DNA from: Octopus vulgaris
Lineage: Eukaryota
Assembly: GCA_951406725.2 (NCBI GenBank)
Contig: OX597818.1
Coordinates: 51,212,001 to 51,276,000 of the forward strand
Length of the DNA: 64,000 nt
Direction of reading: 5' to 3'
The translations under genes and the position numbers were made by a program. The notes beneath the pieces were generated by a model that did no database searches, was not told the DNA's origin, and saw only the letters and a program-made list of their open reading frames with translations. Each line of letters opens with the position of its first letter. The stretch's first letter is position 1. Shown piece by piece: positions 48,925 through 63,273 of this stretch.

Positions 48925-50641
48925 GTAAGAGCTGCCGTTCCTTAGCTTATTCTTAATCCTAGAAAACAGCGGCGGCAACGATGACTGTTGTTTACTGTTC
49001 TTATTGTTAAATAAAGTCCCTATTTATTGACATGTGAAGGCGCATGGCTCAGTGGTTAGAGCGTCGAGCTTACAATCGTGAGGTTGTGAGCTCGAAACCC
49101 GGACCAGGCTGCATGTAGTGTTCTTGAGCAAGACACTTTATTTCATGTTGCTCCAGTTTACTCAGCTGTAGAAATGAGTTGCGACGTCACTGGTGCCAAG
49201 CTGTATTGGATAACACTGGTGGCGTGGAGAGAGGAGGCTGGTATGCATGGGCGACTGCTGGTCTTCCATAAACAACCTTGCCGGGACTTGTGCCTGGGAG
49301 GGTAACTTTCTAGGTGCAATCCCATGGTCTGTGTCGTGACAAAAGGGGGTCTCAGATTTATTGACATATTTTTTAATTAATCGTGCCAGTAAGGCAACAG
49401 TGATAACGATCACGCTCAAATGGTGCCTCTTACGTGCCACCAGCATGGAAGCCAGTTAGATGCTCTGGCAACGATCACGCTGCTAACTGGGTTCCATGCC
49501 GGTGGCACGTAAAAAGCACCATTCAAGTGTGATCATTACCACCATCGCCTTACTGGCACATGAAAAAAAAAACATTCGAGCAAGATCGTTGCCAGTGCCA
49601 ATGGACTGGCTTCTGTGCAGGTGGCACGTAAAAAACACCATTTGAGCGTGGCTGTTGCCAGTATTGCCTGAATGGCCCTCATGCCGGTGGCACGTAAAAG
49701 CATGCACTACACTCTCGGAGTGGTTGGTGTTAGGAAGGGCATCCAGCTGTAGAAACTCTGCCAGATTAAGATTGGAGCCTGGTGCAGCCATCTGGTTTGC
49801 CAGACCTCAGTCAAATCGTCCAACCCATGCCATCATGGAAAGCGGACGTTAAACAATGATGATGATGATAATGTGCATTATCTCATAGCTTTGAGATTTC
49901 AGTGATATGATTGTATATTTTTAGAATGACATTGTCAGGTAGGCATGAGAGGCTGGATATGGCCAATTTGGATGTAAAACAGGTAGAATATTTGAGTCAG
50001 ATATGGACATTTTAAATGCTAAAGGGTTAAACATGAATTGAAGGCGAGGAATGGGGAGTAGGAGATGACTGGTAGTGCTGGGCTACAGAATAGTTATGAT
50101 AATAGTAATAATGGTTTCAAATTTTGGCACCAGTCTATTCTACCTGTCGGCAGAGCATCCAGCTGTAGAAACATGTGTACCAGTATGTTCTGATAGTATA
50201 CAAATATCAAAATTTGGAAATATAATCATCTCATCCATGCTACCTGCGGACACGTCTCTTCTACTATTGCCTCAAATTAACCCAAGCTTTGTATTTGAAA
50301 CCTGGCTGAAGGAAACTGTGTAGAAGCCCTCAGATGAACTGTAATTGTTCTTGGATGGTAGACTTAATAATCTGTCACCCAGTTGAAGCCCATTTCTGGT
50401 GCTCTTGGGTGCTTTTAGCAGAGTCCACTCTACTGTAAATATTCGAACCAGGTCTCTGGCTCTTCCCTTGCTTTCTCCCATTAGTCTTGAAAGCCATGTA
50501 TGAGTGCTTCTCTTCCATTTCTGACTATTACAAGAATTTAGGTTAGTGGTGATAAAATGGTTGCAATTGTTTTTTCTGTCTCTCTCTCTCTCAAAGACTC
50601 TTAAGATAAATAATTCAGTTTTCGTTTTGGTACATTTTTAG

Positions 50642-50802
50642 GTTCTGATGATGCTATTGGACCACATATTCAGAAAGAATTCCTTGGTTCTCGGCCTGAT
50701 GGCCCTTCTATACCTGGTATTTATAGTCGTGCTCCTGGTAAAAAGAAACCTAACACAACTGACAACCCTTTGCTTTCAACTATTCAAGAACGATCTTCAT
50801 TG
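50642..50802 (+). CDS. ALMS1: ALMS1-like exon (absent from the ORF track)
   Basis: GSDDAIGPHIQKEFLGSRPDGPSIPGIYSR, resembling ALMS1 GSNDAIAP..VLGTR..GIYSKR; phase 1/0. Confidence 0.88.
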
Positions 50803-52988
50803 GTAAGCAGAACCCACATCAATGGTTATTTGTTCACTCATCCATTCATTTTCATCGTCTTTGTTTTAATGTCCACTTTTTCATGCTTGCACATCATCAT
50901 CATTTAACATCCGTTTTCCATGCTAGCATGGGTTGGATGGTTCAACTGGGGTCTGGGAAGCCAGAAGGCTGCACCAGGCCCAGTCTGATCTGGCAGTGTT
51001 TCTACAGCTGGATGCCCTTCCTAATGCTAACCACTCCGAGAGTGTAGTGGGTGCTTTTTACATGCCACCGGCACACATATCAGATGGAATTTTGTCATGA
51101 CAGATTTTTCGCCAGCTAGATGCCCTTCCTGTTGCCAGTCCTCACTTCTTTTGAAGTGTGGTAGTTTTACTATTTCTTTACTACACACAAGGGGCTAAAC
51201 ACAGAGGGGACAAACGGATTAAGTCAATTATATTGACCCCAGTGCGTAACTGGTTCTTATTTAATCGACCCCGAAAGGATGAAAGGCAAAGTCGACCTCG
51301 GCAGAATTTGAACTCAGAACGTAACCGCAAACGATATACTGCTAAGCATTTCGCCCGGTGTGCTAACGATTCTACTAGCTCGCCACCGAAGTAAGGTAGT
51401 TTTACCCTGTGTTTACATGTGCTTTCACAGAAGATAGAAAAATGAAGGACAATGTTCACATGATGGTGACACTCACTTGCATCTATCATGCAGTGACAAG
51501 GCGAGGGAACAGTAGCACATACGCATACATACAACGAGCTTCTTTCAGTTTCTGTCTACCAAATCTATGCAAGGCTTTGGCTGGCACAGGGTTATAGTAG
51601 AAGACACTTGCCCAAGGTGCCATGCACTGGAACTGAACCCAGAACCATGTAGTTAGGAACCAAGTTCTTATCAAGTAGCCACACCTATGCTATTGTCATC
51701 TGTATTTGTTCCTTCATCAGCTAATATAGGAACTTCAGCTTTCTTTGCACTCCCTCTTTATTTAATTCTTTATTGCCCACAAGGGGTTAAACATAGAGGG
51801 GACAAACAAGGACAAAGGGACTAAGTCGATTACATCGACCCCAGTGCGTAACTGGTACTTATTTAATCGACCCCAAAAGGATGAAAGGCAAAGCCAACCT
51901 TGGCGGAATTTAAGCTCAGAATGTAGCGGCAGACAAAATACCGTTAAGCATTTCGCCTGGCATGCTAACGATTCTGCCAGCTCGCCACCTTCCCTTTTTA
52001 TTGCCCCACTTTATTGCACTCCCTCTTTATTGCCCCACCAACACCACCACCACTAACCTAATTTCTTGTCTTAGTCAGAGATGGAAGAGAAGCACTCATA
52101 TACAGCTGTCAAGACTAATGGAAGAAAGCAAGGGAAGAGCCAGAGACCTGGTTCAAATATTTACAGTAGAGTGGACTCTGCTAAAAGCCCCCAAGAGCAC
52201 CAGAAATGGGCTTAAACTGGGTGACAGATTATTAAGTCTACCATCCCAGAACAATTACAGTTCATCTGAGGGTTTCTACACAGTTTCCTTTAGCCAGATT
52301 TCAAATACAAAGCTTGGGTTAATTTGAGGCAACAGTAGAAGACATTTGTTCATAGTGCTGTACAGTGGGATTGAACCTGAAACAAAATAATTTCAAAGTG
52401 AATTTCTTAATGACACAGCTATACCAAACAGCTTCTAGTGAGACGGCACTCGAGCCAGTGGAACGTTAAAAGCATATCCAAGTGGGATCATTGCCAGGGT
52501 CACATATTGGCTCCCATGCCGGTGACATGTGAAAAGTACCATTCAAGTGTGATTGTTGCCAGCATCACCTTACCAGCATGTGAAAGACAACGTTCAAGCA
52601 TGGTTGTTGCCAGTGCCGCTGGACTGGCTCCCATGCAGGTAGCTCATAAAAACACCTTTTGAGCGTGGTCGTTGCCAGTACCGCCTGACTGGCCCTCATG
52701 CCAGTGGCACCTAAAAAGCACCTACTACACTCTTGGAGTGGCTGGCATTAGGAAGGGCATCCAGCTGTAGAAACTTTGCCAGATCAGATTGAGCCTGGTG
52801 CAGCCTCTGGCTCACCAGTCCTCAGTCAAACCATCCAACCCATGCCAGCATGGAAAGCGGACGTTGAACGACAATTATCATATCTGATATTTACTGCCTC
52901 TGCTCTCTCTACTATTCTATGGCTTTGAAGTTTTGCTTTGAAAATTCTACTAATTATTTATATTTCTTGCTTTTAATTTCTTTTGTAG

Positions 52989-53603
52989 AATGACAAGGAT
53001 AAAATGAAGACTAAAACCAAACCAGAAATAAAAGAGAGCGCATCCTCTTACAGAGAAACTAGGAGACACAGGGTCGACAGTCAGGATTCTTATTCTAGAT
53101 TTGATTCAAAGAAGCTTTCGGAATCAAACTATCCAAATCAAGTACATCATACCGCAACAAGAGTTGATTATGTGTCTTCTGATCATCTTGAATCATTCAG
53201 GAAAAATTCCAGCTCAAAAGAACAATTTGACCCCACAAAAAGCAGAGGCTGTCAGAGATACAGAAACGTCCGTGATGAAGGTCTTGATCTACAAGGCCTT
53301 AAACATAAGGAAACTGCTGCGCACAGCAAACAACGAGATGCCAACGGCTACAAACAATCGTCTTTTGAATCAATGACAACAGTCGAGACACCCAGTGACT
53401 TCAGCACTGACCCAGAGTCAGCGACATCGAGCAGCAAGACTATAGAAAGTTCTCATTTCGTCAGCCACGATTCAGATGCGCTTGTACTTGCTTTGGCTGA
53501 AAATGAAGAAACTGGAATGCAACAAGCCTGGGGAGATCTTACCATGACTGGTCACAACTTGCCTAATGGGGAACAAGTAATTTTTAGAAGTGATATGCGT
53601 GTG
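52989..53603 (+). CDS. ALMS1: ALMS1-like exon
   Basis: Open frame, phase 0/0; GTAAGT donor at 53604 (alternative in-frame donor after 53576). Confidence 0.8.
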
Positions 53604-54369
53604 GTAAGTTGGATTTTAGTGAATTCTATTCAAATTGAGCTTTAGTCATTTGTGCTAATGTCTTGGACAAGTGTCTTCCACTATAGCCATGGGCTGACCA
53701 AAGCCTTGTGACTAGGCAGAAACCAAAAGAAAGGCGAAGCTGGCAGAAACATTAGCATGCTGGGCGAAATGTTTAGCTGGTATTTCGTCCGCCACTACGC
53801 TCTGAGTTCAAATTCCACCAAGGTTGACTTTGCCTTTCGTCCTTTCAGGGTCAATTAAATAAGTACCAGTTACGCACTGGGGTTAATATAATCAACTTAA
53901 TCCCTTTGTCTGTCCTTGTTTGTCCCCTCTATGTTTAGCCCTTGTGGGCAATAAAGAAATAGGTATTTTGTCTGTCTTTACGTTAGGAAGTTCAAATTCC
54001 ACCAAGGTCAACTTTGCCTTTCATCCTTTCAGGGTTGATAAATTAAGTACCAGTACGCACTGGGGTCGATGTAATCGACTTAATCCCTTTGTCTGTCCTT
54101 GAAAGCGGACATTAAACGATGATGATAATGATGAACGAAATAAGAAACTAAAAGAAACCCAGTGTGTGTGTGTATACCATTGTCTTGACATCATTTGATG
54201 GTTGTAAACGAGCCTCACTGTCATACAAGCGATGTTGTTTATTTCTAGTCTTCCATGAAAAGCATGTCTGGCCATGGGGGAAATATTACCTTGCTTGGAA
54301 AGAGGTGTGGGTTGGCAACAGGAAAAGCATATGGCCATAGAAAATCTTCCTCAATGAATTCCATCTGAC

Positions 54370-54758
54370 GGATCTTTTCACTTTGACCAGCAGATTTTTA
54401 CAATAATTTCTATGTAACTAAAAAATTTTAAACTTCGTATACTGGTATAATGTGTTTATAAAACATCTTTTTCTCTTGGCTTTCTTGAGAAAATTCTGTA
54501 GTTTGTAACATATTTGTTGTTTAATTTCTTGCATTTCGGCAATTTCAACCAATCAATGAGGTCTATTGAGGTGAAAACGATTTCTGCCATAACATTTTCT
54601 GGCGACGTCATGAAAATGTCCCTGTTACATATTATATATTCGTTTAAGAAACGGATTGGGTTTATTTACATTTCTGTAAACTCTAACCCTAACTCTAACC
54701 CTAACCCTAAAACAGATTGAAATGCAATAGATCGATACTAGGGTCATAATTATGGGTG
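54370..54758. mobile_element. MITE family A, diverged and 3'-truncated
   Basis: Colinear with 40-454 but lacks the right TIR. Confidence 0.75.
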
Positions 54759-55029
54759 GACACTAAAGAGGGGACGGTTTTGTTATCCAGCTCTGTTTAT
54801 GAGTGACCCCTCAGTTTATGGCCACAGGGTATCTTTTTTCTCATTAAAAACAGGATTGCTCGTTAAATGAAATCAACTAGTCCTTCAGTACTCTCGATTC
54901 TACTGCCACTCCATCAGTGTCTTTGATAATTATTCTCCACTCCTGGAGTGGAGTGAATCACAATAACTGAATGTCTAAGCCCGTATTTTCCTTAATCTAC
55001 CACAAAGATCTTCTTGTGTTTCATTTCAG

Positions 55030-55091
55030 ACTTACAAACCAACAGAACCGACCAAGAGTCAACTTTCAAGACAGGATTCTTATGGCCAGAG
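55030..55091 (+). CDS. ALMS1: ALMS1-like exon
   Basis: TTTCAG acceptor, GTGAGT donor; phase 0-to-2 bridge; TYKPTEPTKSQLSRQDSYGQ. Confidence 0.75.
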
Positions 55092-55126
55092 GTGAGTAAT
55101 TTTGACTTGGATATCCCTTCACCTTG

Positions 55127-55453
55127 CTCTCTCTCTCTCTCTCATTCACTCACTCACACTCTCTCTCACTTTCATTCACTTACTCACTCTCACTCACTCA
55201 CTCACTCTCTCTCATTCACTCACTCACTCTCTCATTCATTCACTCACTCTCTCTCTCTCTCTTATTCACTCACTCACACTCTCTCTCTCTCTCATTCACT
55301 CACTCACACTCTCTCACTTTCATTCACTTACTCACTCTCACTCACTTCATCACTCTCTCTCATTCACTCACTCACACTCTCTCTCATTCACTTTCTCACT
55401 CACTCTCACTCACTCACTCTCTCTCTCTCACTCACTCTCTCTCTCTCTCTCAC

Positions 55454-55523
<70 letters not shown>

Positions 55524-55540
55524 TCTCTCACTCACTCACT
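55127..55540. repeat. Compound (TC)n/(TCAC)n microsatellite
   Basis: Direct reading. Confidence 0.95.
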
Positions 55541-56746
55541 TTAGTGGTAGACATGGTATGTATATAGTATATATGCTTATTACCATAGGTTTTGTAGTCT
55601 TTAGCTTCCAAGATATGTGCCTTTCCTCTTTTTTCCCCTTCTTAGATGGCTTTTTGAAAATTTAGATGTTTTGCATGAATTGTCAGAGTGCAAGTTTTAC
55701 AGTTGGCTATGCATGGCTGTATTTAGCAAGAATAGTGGTATCTGTGTTTCTGCTAGAGTAACCGGTGCAGTTGAAGACTGGGCAGTCAGCAAAATGTCGT
55801 TGATTAGATTCCAACATCTGCCTCTTGCATCACTCTATTCATTATTTCATCAAAACTTATACGACACTAGCTTAAGGTGACCCGCTCTATGCACAGGTGA
55901 GGGTGTGGTTGCTACTTTCTGTTGCTTCCTTTCTGTTTCTCATCGCCACATTCTCCCTCTTTGTTTCTCTCTCACTTTCCCACTCTCTTACTCTTCCTTT
56001 CTCTCGGACTCTCCCTCGCTTTCTCTTATTCTCTATCTATCTCTATCTATCTCTCTCCCATTTATAAAAAACAAAAGATCTTGAGTAAGTTGAGAAAGAA
56101 AATATTTTTAAAGATCAATCATAAATATCAGGCAGTGACAACGGAAAGCACACTTGCCTTTTGTACATACCACTATTTGAGCAATTAAAAATAAGGAAAA
56201 AAAAGGATTTCTTTGTTAAATTTAGTACTGATTTTGGGGAATTTTTCGACGATTGACCATGCAAATGAAAGCTGTAAACACAGGCTACATGCAGCTATAA
56301 ATTCCTTTCAGAAAAAATGAAAACTGTAAACAATAAAAAAAATAAAAGGCAAAAATATGTAAAATGAGAAATTTTTTTCAACTTCAAAAATCTTGCCTTA
56401 ATTTTCAAAATTTCAAACCCATTTTCTTGCGCTTAAATTAGAAATCCACTTCCACTTTACCATGATGAAAATTTGATTGAAATCAAGCAAAAGGTATCCA
56501 ATCTAGGCCCCCAAATGTCCCCAAAAATCAATAAAATCCCCGTTTTCACACCAAAGCAACCACTGTAGCACCCCAAGGCGTCTCCCAATCAATTTCTCAC
56601 CTCAAGTTACCCTGTAAATTTTAATCCCCTTCCAGCCCCATTTAGACCCCTTTTTACATAAAAATCCAATTTGTATCAACGTTTGCTTTCTTCATTTCAT
56701 AGATTACATTATTCATAGATACTTTAAACTTTCTATTTGCTTTTAG

Positions 56747-57897
56747 AATTTCGCGATCAGCCCAGGAACTTGACTTGTTGTGGCAGAAATTTAAACAGCA
56801 AGCGGCCCCACCGTCTCCTGAGAACAGTCTTGATAGCAGTCGTTTGGAACAGATACAGCACCTTGTGAAAAATCCGACCCAGGCATTGGTGCGTCGTTCA
56901 ATCAACTTGTTGGAGGAAAAAAGACAGCAGCAAGCTGAAAGAGCTGAACAAAATCTAGAGCTACAAAAGCAATCGCTGTTGAAACAGAAACTCCAAGAGG
57001 TTGATGATTCTGCACAGAGTTCGGTGACAAGTGGCGCCGAGTCAGTTTACAGTCTTTCAGAAAATGTTGAAACGATGTCTGGTTCGTATTGGCCTGGAGA
57101 AAGAGATAATGCCAGTATTGTTTACAGTGGTTCCTTTGACCCCGTGATTGCCAAACTGAGGGCAAAGATTGAAAAGCAGCGTCGGAAATGTGAGCTTATG
57201 AAGAAACGAGACAAAGCCAGTGAAGAGAAACTGCATAAACTAACCAGCATTTTGGTATCACGACAAATGAATGATCTCATTTTGGCTTCGGAAATGAATA
57301 GTTTGTCCACAACATCCACTGCAACATGCATGACTAATTCAACAATGGAATCAGCTGAGCAGTCTTCATCCAAAAAGATTCCTGTGTATTCTCAATGTTG
57401 TGGTAAATGCAGAGCCTGCAATGAAAGATTGTGTTCAAAACCTAGGCACAGCTCAAGACTCAAACACCCTAAACGGCCATATCGAGTAATTTCTACTAAC
57501 CTCAATTCAAAGAACACTGCCAGGAGCACTGAATCAAAATTCGGGACATCGTCCCTAACTGCTGACAACCTTCCGAGCAAGCATCATGCGAAAGGTCAGT
57601 CTACTGAGGCACAACCGATAGGAGATGATGGTCACTTTGTGGAAGCACCAGCTTTCAGTGAGGTTTCGGAGAAAAGAAAGCATGTTAGAAAAGTCATCCC
57701 AAAACAAGATGCAACAACCATGGTGCCATCACCTCTCACTATCTGTGATGCTAACCGCAATTATTCTGCTAGCCCACCAGACACAAGCAAAGTATCGGTA
57801 GCTGTGCAAACATCTCCTCATCTTGAAACTAATACTAAGCATCAAACTACTACTGGGTGTACTCTATCATACAGCAAAACAAGTATCAAACCCACTA
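56747..57897 (+). CDS. ALMS1: ALMS1-like exon
   Basis: LDLLWQKFKQ...RLEQIQHLVKNP resembles ALMS1 LDELWNKY...RLDRLAKILQNP; coiled-coil-like segments; GTAAGT donor. Confidence 0.88.
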
Positions 57898-57931
57898 GTA
57901 AGTTTTATTGTTTTCTTTATGTATTCATTTT

Positions 57932-57963
<32 letters not shown>

Positions 57964-60607
57964 ATGTCTGTTTTCAGGGCAGCAAGCTGGCAGAAACGTT
58001 AGCACGCCGGGCGAAATGCTTAGCGGTATTTCGTCTGCCGTTACGTTCTGAGTTCAAATTCCGCCGAGGTCGACTTTGCCTTTCATCCTTTCAGAGTCCA
58101 TTAAATAAGTACCAGTTATGCACTGGGGTCGATATAATCGACATAATCTACATGTCTGTCTTTGTTTGTCTTCTCTGTGTTTAGCCCCTTGTGGGTAGTA
58201 AAGAAAAAGGTATTTCGTCTGCCGCTACGTTCTGAGTTCAAATTCCACCAAGATCGACTTTGCTTTTCATCCTTTCGGGGTTGATTAAATAAGTACCAGT
58301 TACGCACTGGGGTCGATCTAATCAACTTAATCCATTTGTCTGACCTTGTTTGTCTTCTCTATGTTTAACCCCTTGTGGGTAGTAAAGAAATATATATACA
58401 TATTTTTCATTCTTTATAGGGTGGTGAGCTGGCAGAAACATTAGGCGAATTGCGTAGCCATATTTCGTCTGCCGTTACGTTCTGGGTTCAAATTCCGCTG
58501 AAGTCAACTTTGCCTTTCGTCCTTTCAGGGTCGATAAATTAAATACCAGTTACGCACTGGGGTCGATGTAATCGACTTAATCCCTTTGTCTGTCCTTGTT
58601 TGTCCCCTCTATGTTTAGCCCCCTGTGGGCAAATAAAGAAATAAGAAATGTTAGCACACCAGGCAACATGCTTAGAGGTATTTTTTCCAGCTCTTTATAT
58701 TCTGATTTCAAATTCTGCTGAGGTTGATTTTGCCTTTCAACCTTCAGGTGTCATTAAAGTAAGTACCAGTTTATCACTGGGGGTGCTTACATTCACTTAC
58801 CACTTCCCTAAAATTGCTGGCCTTGTGCCAAAATTTAAATCCAATATTTACTTAACCCTTTACTATTTAAACTAGCCATATGCAGCCCAAATGTTTTATC
58901 TGTTTTATGTTTAGTCCAACCAGGTTTGGCCTCTCACACCTACCCTACAATGTCATTCTAAAAATAAACAATCACCTCATCAAAACCTTGAAGCTATGAG
59001 ACAATCACATGATTAATTCAAAATAATGTGAATAAATAAGCATTACATTTGACAGAGTAATCTGAATGCTAAAGGGTTACTCTCTTTTACCCTTTTACTT
59101 GTTTCAGTCATTTGACTGCGGCCATGCTGGAGCACCGCCTTTAGTTGAGCAAATCGACCCCAGGACTTATTATTTCTAAGTCTAGTACTTATTCTATTGC
59201 TCTCTTTTGCCGAACCGCTAAGTTACGGGGACATAAATACACCAGCATCGGTTGTCAAGCGATGTTGAGGGGACAAACACAGACACACAAACATATACAC
59301 ACACATACATATATATATACATATATATGACGGGCTTCTTTCAGTTTCCATCTACCAAATCCACTCACAAGACTTTGGTCGAACCAAGGCTATAGTAGAA
59401 GACACTTGCCCAAGGTGCCACGCAGTGGGACTGAACCAAGAACTATGTGGTTGGTAAGCAAGCTACTTACCACACAGCCATCCCTATGTCTGTTAATCTA
59501 TTAAAAAGTAAATTCATTTTTAATGTTTATTTAATTTTAACCCTTTTGATACCAACCTGGCTGAAACCGCCTCTGGCTCGGTAGTACAAATGTTTTGTTT
59601 TCAAAAGTACCACCAAACCTTAGGCATGGTTTATGCTTCAACACTAGATTAATGATAACTAAGTTAATTTACTAAATTCATTGTTATATTAAAAATTAAT
59701 TGAAAGAAACACAGAGCATCTCAAAATCATCATCATCATCATTTAACATCCGTTTTCCATGCTAGCATGGGTTGGACGATTTGACTGGGGACTAGCATGC
59801 CAGGAGGTCGCACCAGGCTCCAATCTTATCTGGCAGTGTTTCTACAGCTGGTTTCCCTTCCTAATGCCAACCACTCCAAGAGTTTAGTGGATACTTTTAT
59901 GTCTTTTTATCATCCTTGAAATACGAAAGGCAGAATCCACCTCTGTGGGATTTGAACTTAGAACACAAAGAATCAAAAGCATTTTGTCTGACACACTAAC
60001 AATTCTGGAAGTTCATTACCTCTTTTTCTTATATTCTTTTACTTGTTTCAGTCATTTGACTGGCCATGCTGGAGCACCAGCAAGTCAACCCCAGGACTTA
60101 TTCCTTGTAAGCCTAGTACTTATTCTATCAGTCTATTTTGCCGAACCGCTAAGTTCTGTAACATCGTTTGACAACCGATGTTGGGGAGACAAACACAGGC
60201 ACACAAACATATACACACACATACATACATATGTATATAAATATACGTGTGTGTGTGTATGTATATATATATATATATATATATATAGATATATATATAT
60301 ATGTATGCAACAGGCTTCTTTCAGTTTCTGTCTACCAAATCCACTCACAAAGCTTTGGTCGGTCCAAGGTTATGGTAGAAGACACTTGCCCAAGATGCCA
60401 CGCATTTACTTTATTTACCTTATTTTACCTTATCTATTTAATTTAAAGTTCACTGAAATTTGTTAAACATTAATAGTTGAAGTACTTCGTTATTTTGTAT
60501 CATTTTCATTATTTGTAAATTGTACAGTAGGTAATTAGCTTGTTTTTTTTGTTTGTTTTCATAATTATATATTTTTGATTCTTGTTTATTCCATGTGCCT
60601 CTCTCAG

Positions 60608-60772
60608 CACCAGTTGAAATCCAAATAATTCCTAAATCATGTCCTGCTGAAGATCTCAAAGTTATACCCGTGCCTTTCATGTGGACTCCTAAGAAACAGA
60701 AATCAAAGAACAAAACCCTCCACCCACCTGACAGTCACTATAGCAACCAGCAAAGGAAATTAGCAGAGAAAG
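60608..60772 (+). CDS. ALMS1: ALMS1-like exon
   Basis: AG/GT, phase 1/1; PVEIQIIPK...LAEK. Confidence 0.78.
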
Positions 60773-60930
60773 GTATTTTTATCAAAAATTTATCAGCCAC
60801 ATAAGGTTCTTACCACATTGTCTTATAATGAAATTACTATATACAGGGTGGCCCAAAAGTAGGTTTATAGTTATTTAACTATCTCTTTTGTATTCATATA
60901 CCAACAGTTTAGATCTTAATTATAAAAAAA

Positions 60931-61305
60931 CTAGCAGTATCGCCCGGCGTTGCTCGGGTTTGTAAAGGAAATAACTATATTAGCATTTTTGGAGAGTTAT
61001 AGCCAAAAAATAGTAAAAAAATGATGGTAAATTTTTTTTAAATCGTTGACTCATCATAGACATTTTTAGAGAGTTACTTCCCTTATATAATAGCGAAAAA
61101 ATGCATTAAAATGGAAAAAAATGATGGTAAATTATTTTTTAAATCGTAGACTCATCGTAGACGCGCGCTAATACCCAGAAGTGCTCGATTTGAATCACGA
61201 CTATAAGATACCCGGTTTTGGTTAAACTGCACCGCAAAATGTGGGAGTAGTTAGGAATCTAAATCGTAGGAGACAGACACACAACTTCACTTTTATATAT
61301 AAAGA
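60931..61305 (-). mobile_element. Non-autonomous Helitron, same family as 10964-11358
   Basis: Reverse-complement copy with hairpin+CTAG end, inserted at an A|T site. Confidence 0.85.
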
Positions 61306-62558
61306 TATGAAACCATTATTCTATACCAATTTAGTTAATTGTAAGATAGAAGTTTAATCGAAATTGAATTCGAAATCGAACCAAATTCGTCGACTGGCAC
61401 CCATGCCAATCTCCCTTCATTGGACACTAAACTCTGCTTGCGAAGACCTGATGGGGCAAGTGAAATCGAAATTAAACCAAATTCGATGACTGGCACCTCT
61501 GCCAGTGGAGCGCTAATAGCTCCATCCAAGCGGGATCACTGCCAGAGCAGCTGTCTGGCACATAAAGAGCACCATTTGAGCATGATCATTGTCAGTGTTG
61601 CCTCACTGGCATGTGAACAAAACATTCGAGTGAGATCGTTGCCAGTGCTGCTGGACTGACTCCTGTGCAGGTGGCACATAAAAAACACCATTTTTCGAGC
61701 GTAGCCGTTGCCAGTACCAACAGGCTGGCCCTCGTGCCGGTGGCACTTTAAAAGCACCCACTACACTCTTGGAGTGGTTGGCATTAGGAAGGACATCCAG
61801 CTGTAGAAACTCTGCCAGATCAGATTGGAGCCTGGTGCAGCCATCTGGTTCACCAGTCCTCAGTCAAATCATCCAACCCATGCTAGCATGGAAAGCAGAT
61901 GTTAAACGATGATGATGATGATATCTGGGGGAAAAAAAATTCAACTGGGATGAATTTCTGCTATTGTTGTCTAACCCAAGGTCACCAGCATTTGACCAGA
62001 CCTATGAGTAAAGCCATTATAGCTGTCACTATCCTATCTGTATGTGTATCTAAGGTTTCATCATCCAGAATTTAAGTAAACAAAAAAGAAATTTCTCCAA
62101 ATGATCTCTGAAATAATGATACTTGATAGAGATATGTTGCTTGTAGATCTGGCATTCTCTCTGAGTTGAGCCACTTCTCCACTCTGTAGAGTTGATTGGT
62201 ATCAGGAAGGACATCCAGCCATAGAAGCCATGCCAAAACAGACATGGAGCCTGGGCCATTCTTGTGAAACCATCCAAAGTACTGTTCTGGTACTTTCGAT
62301 ATGTAGTTAGAATGGTGCAGGAAAGAATCACAAGATGGATTCTTCAAGCGAAGCCAACCGGTAGAAGACTTAAGGAGAGAGCAAGAATGAGATGGATAAT
62401 ATCAATCTCAGTTGGTTACACTTGGGAATCCAAAAAGTCTAATGGTGGTTGCTTCTGATTGGACCCTATGGAGGGCGTGCCTGAGGGCACTACTCTACAT
62501 CCAAGTCAGCATGAGGCACTACTCTACATCCAAGTCAGAAAGAGATGTAATGAAAAAG

Positions 62559-62968
62559 GGATCTTTTCGGTTTGAACGGCAGTTTTTTCTAGCGGTGTCA
62601 TATGAAATTGTCACTCATAATTATGACCCTAGTATCGAGCTATTGCATTTCAATCTGTTTTAGGGTTAGGGTTAGGAGTTGGGGGAAGGGTATCTTTTTT
62701 TCTTCACAAATGTAAATAAACTCAATCTGTTTCTTAAATGAGGGACATATTCATACGGCACAGAATGTTTACACCTCAATAGACATCATTGATTGGTTGA
62801 AATTGCAGAAAAAAAAAACAACAAATATCTTACAAACTATAGAATTTTCTCAATAAAGCCAAGAGAAAAAGATGTTTTATGAACACATTCTACCAGTATA
62901 CGAAGTTTAAAAGTGTTTAGTTATGTGGAAATTATTTTTAAAAACTGCCGTTCAAACCGAAAAGATCC
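62559..62968. mobile_element. MITE family A copy, reverse orientation
   Basis: Same TIR; TSD TGAAAAAG. Confidence 0.9.
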
Positions 62969-63034
62969 TGAAAAAGTATTGTCTTGGGAAAAGTGATTTT
63001 AATTTTCTAAATGATGCTTTTTTTCTTATTGTAG

Positions 63035-63273
63035 AGAAAAGATGTGAAACCTGGTTCGTCTCCCTCTCCGAAACAAATATAAGCAGAACTGACCATAATT
63101 GTCGAGCATCGAGCACTTCTAATAGTAAACGAGGTCAGAGACATGTCAGGAGTGATTCGGCAGGTGTGAGGAAAGTGAGCAAACATAAAGAGCAGATGCC
63201 TGTTATCTTCAATAACTCATTCGACAGCCATTCGTATTCCTCACGGAGCAACAGACCAAGGATAACATTACAG
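63035..63273 (+). CDS. ALMS1: ALMS1-like exon leading into the ALMS motif; gene continues past the window
   Basis: TWFVSL and terminal RITLQ|GT, like ALMS1 SWFVP...ATLQ(E) at the start of the ALMS motif. Confidence 0.85.

Noticed and set aside
50272-52327. Duplicated ORFs ...GRARDLV.IFTVEWTLLKAPK... as a small gene pair
   Set aside because: They are the two arms of an intronic inverted repeat, with no recognisable domain or supported gene structure.
57898-58184. C-terminal part of the 469-aa ORF
   Set aside because: Read-through past a GTAAGT donor into (TCA)n and SINE B sequence.
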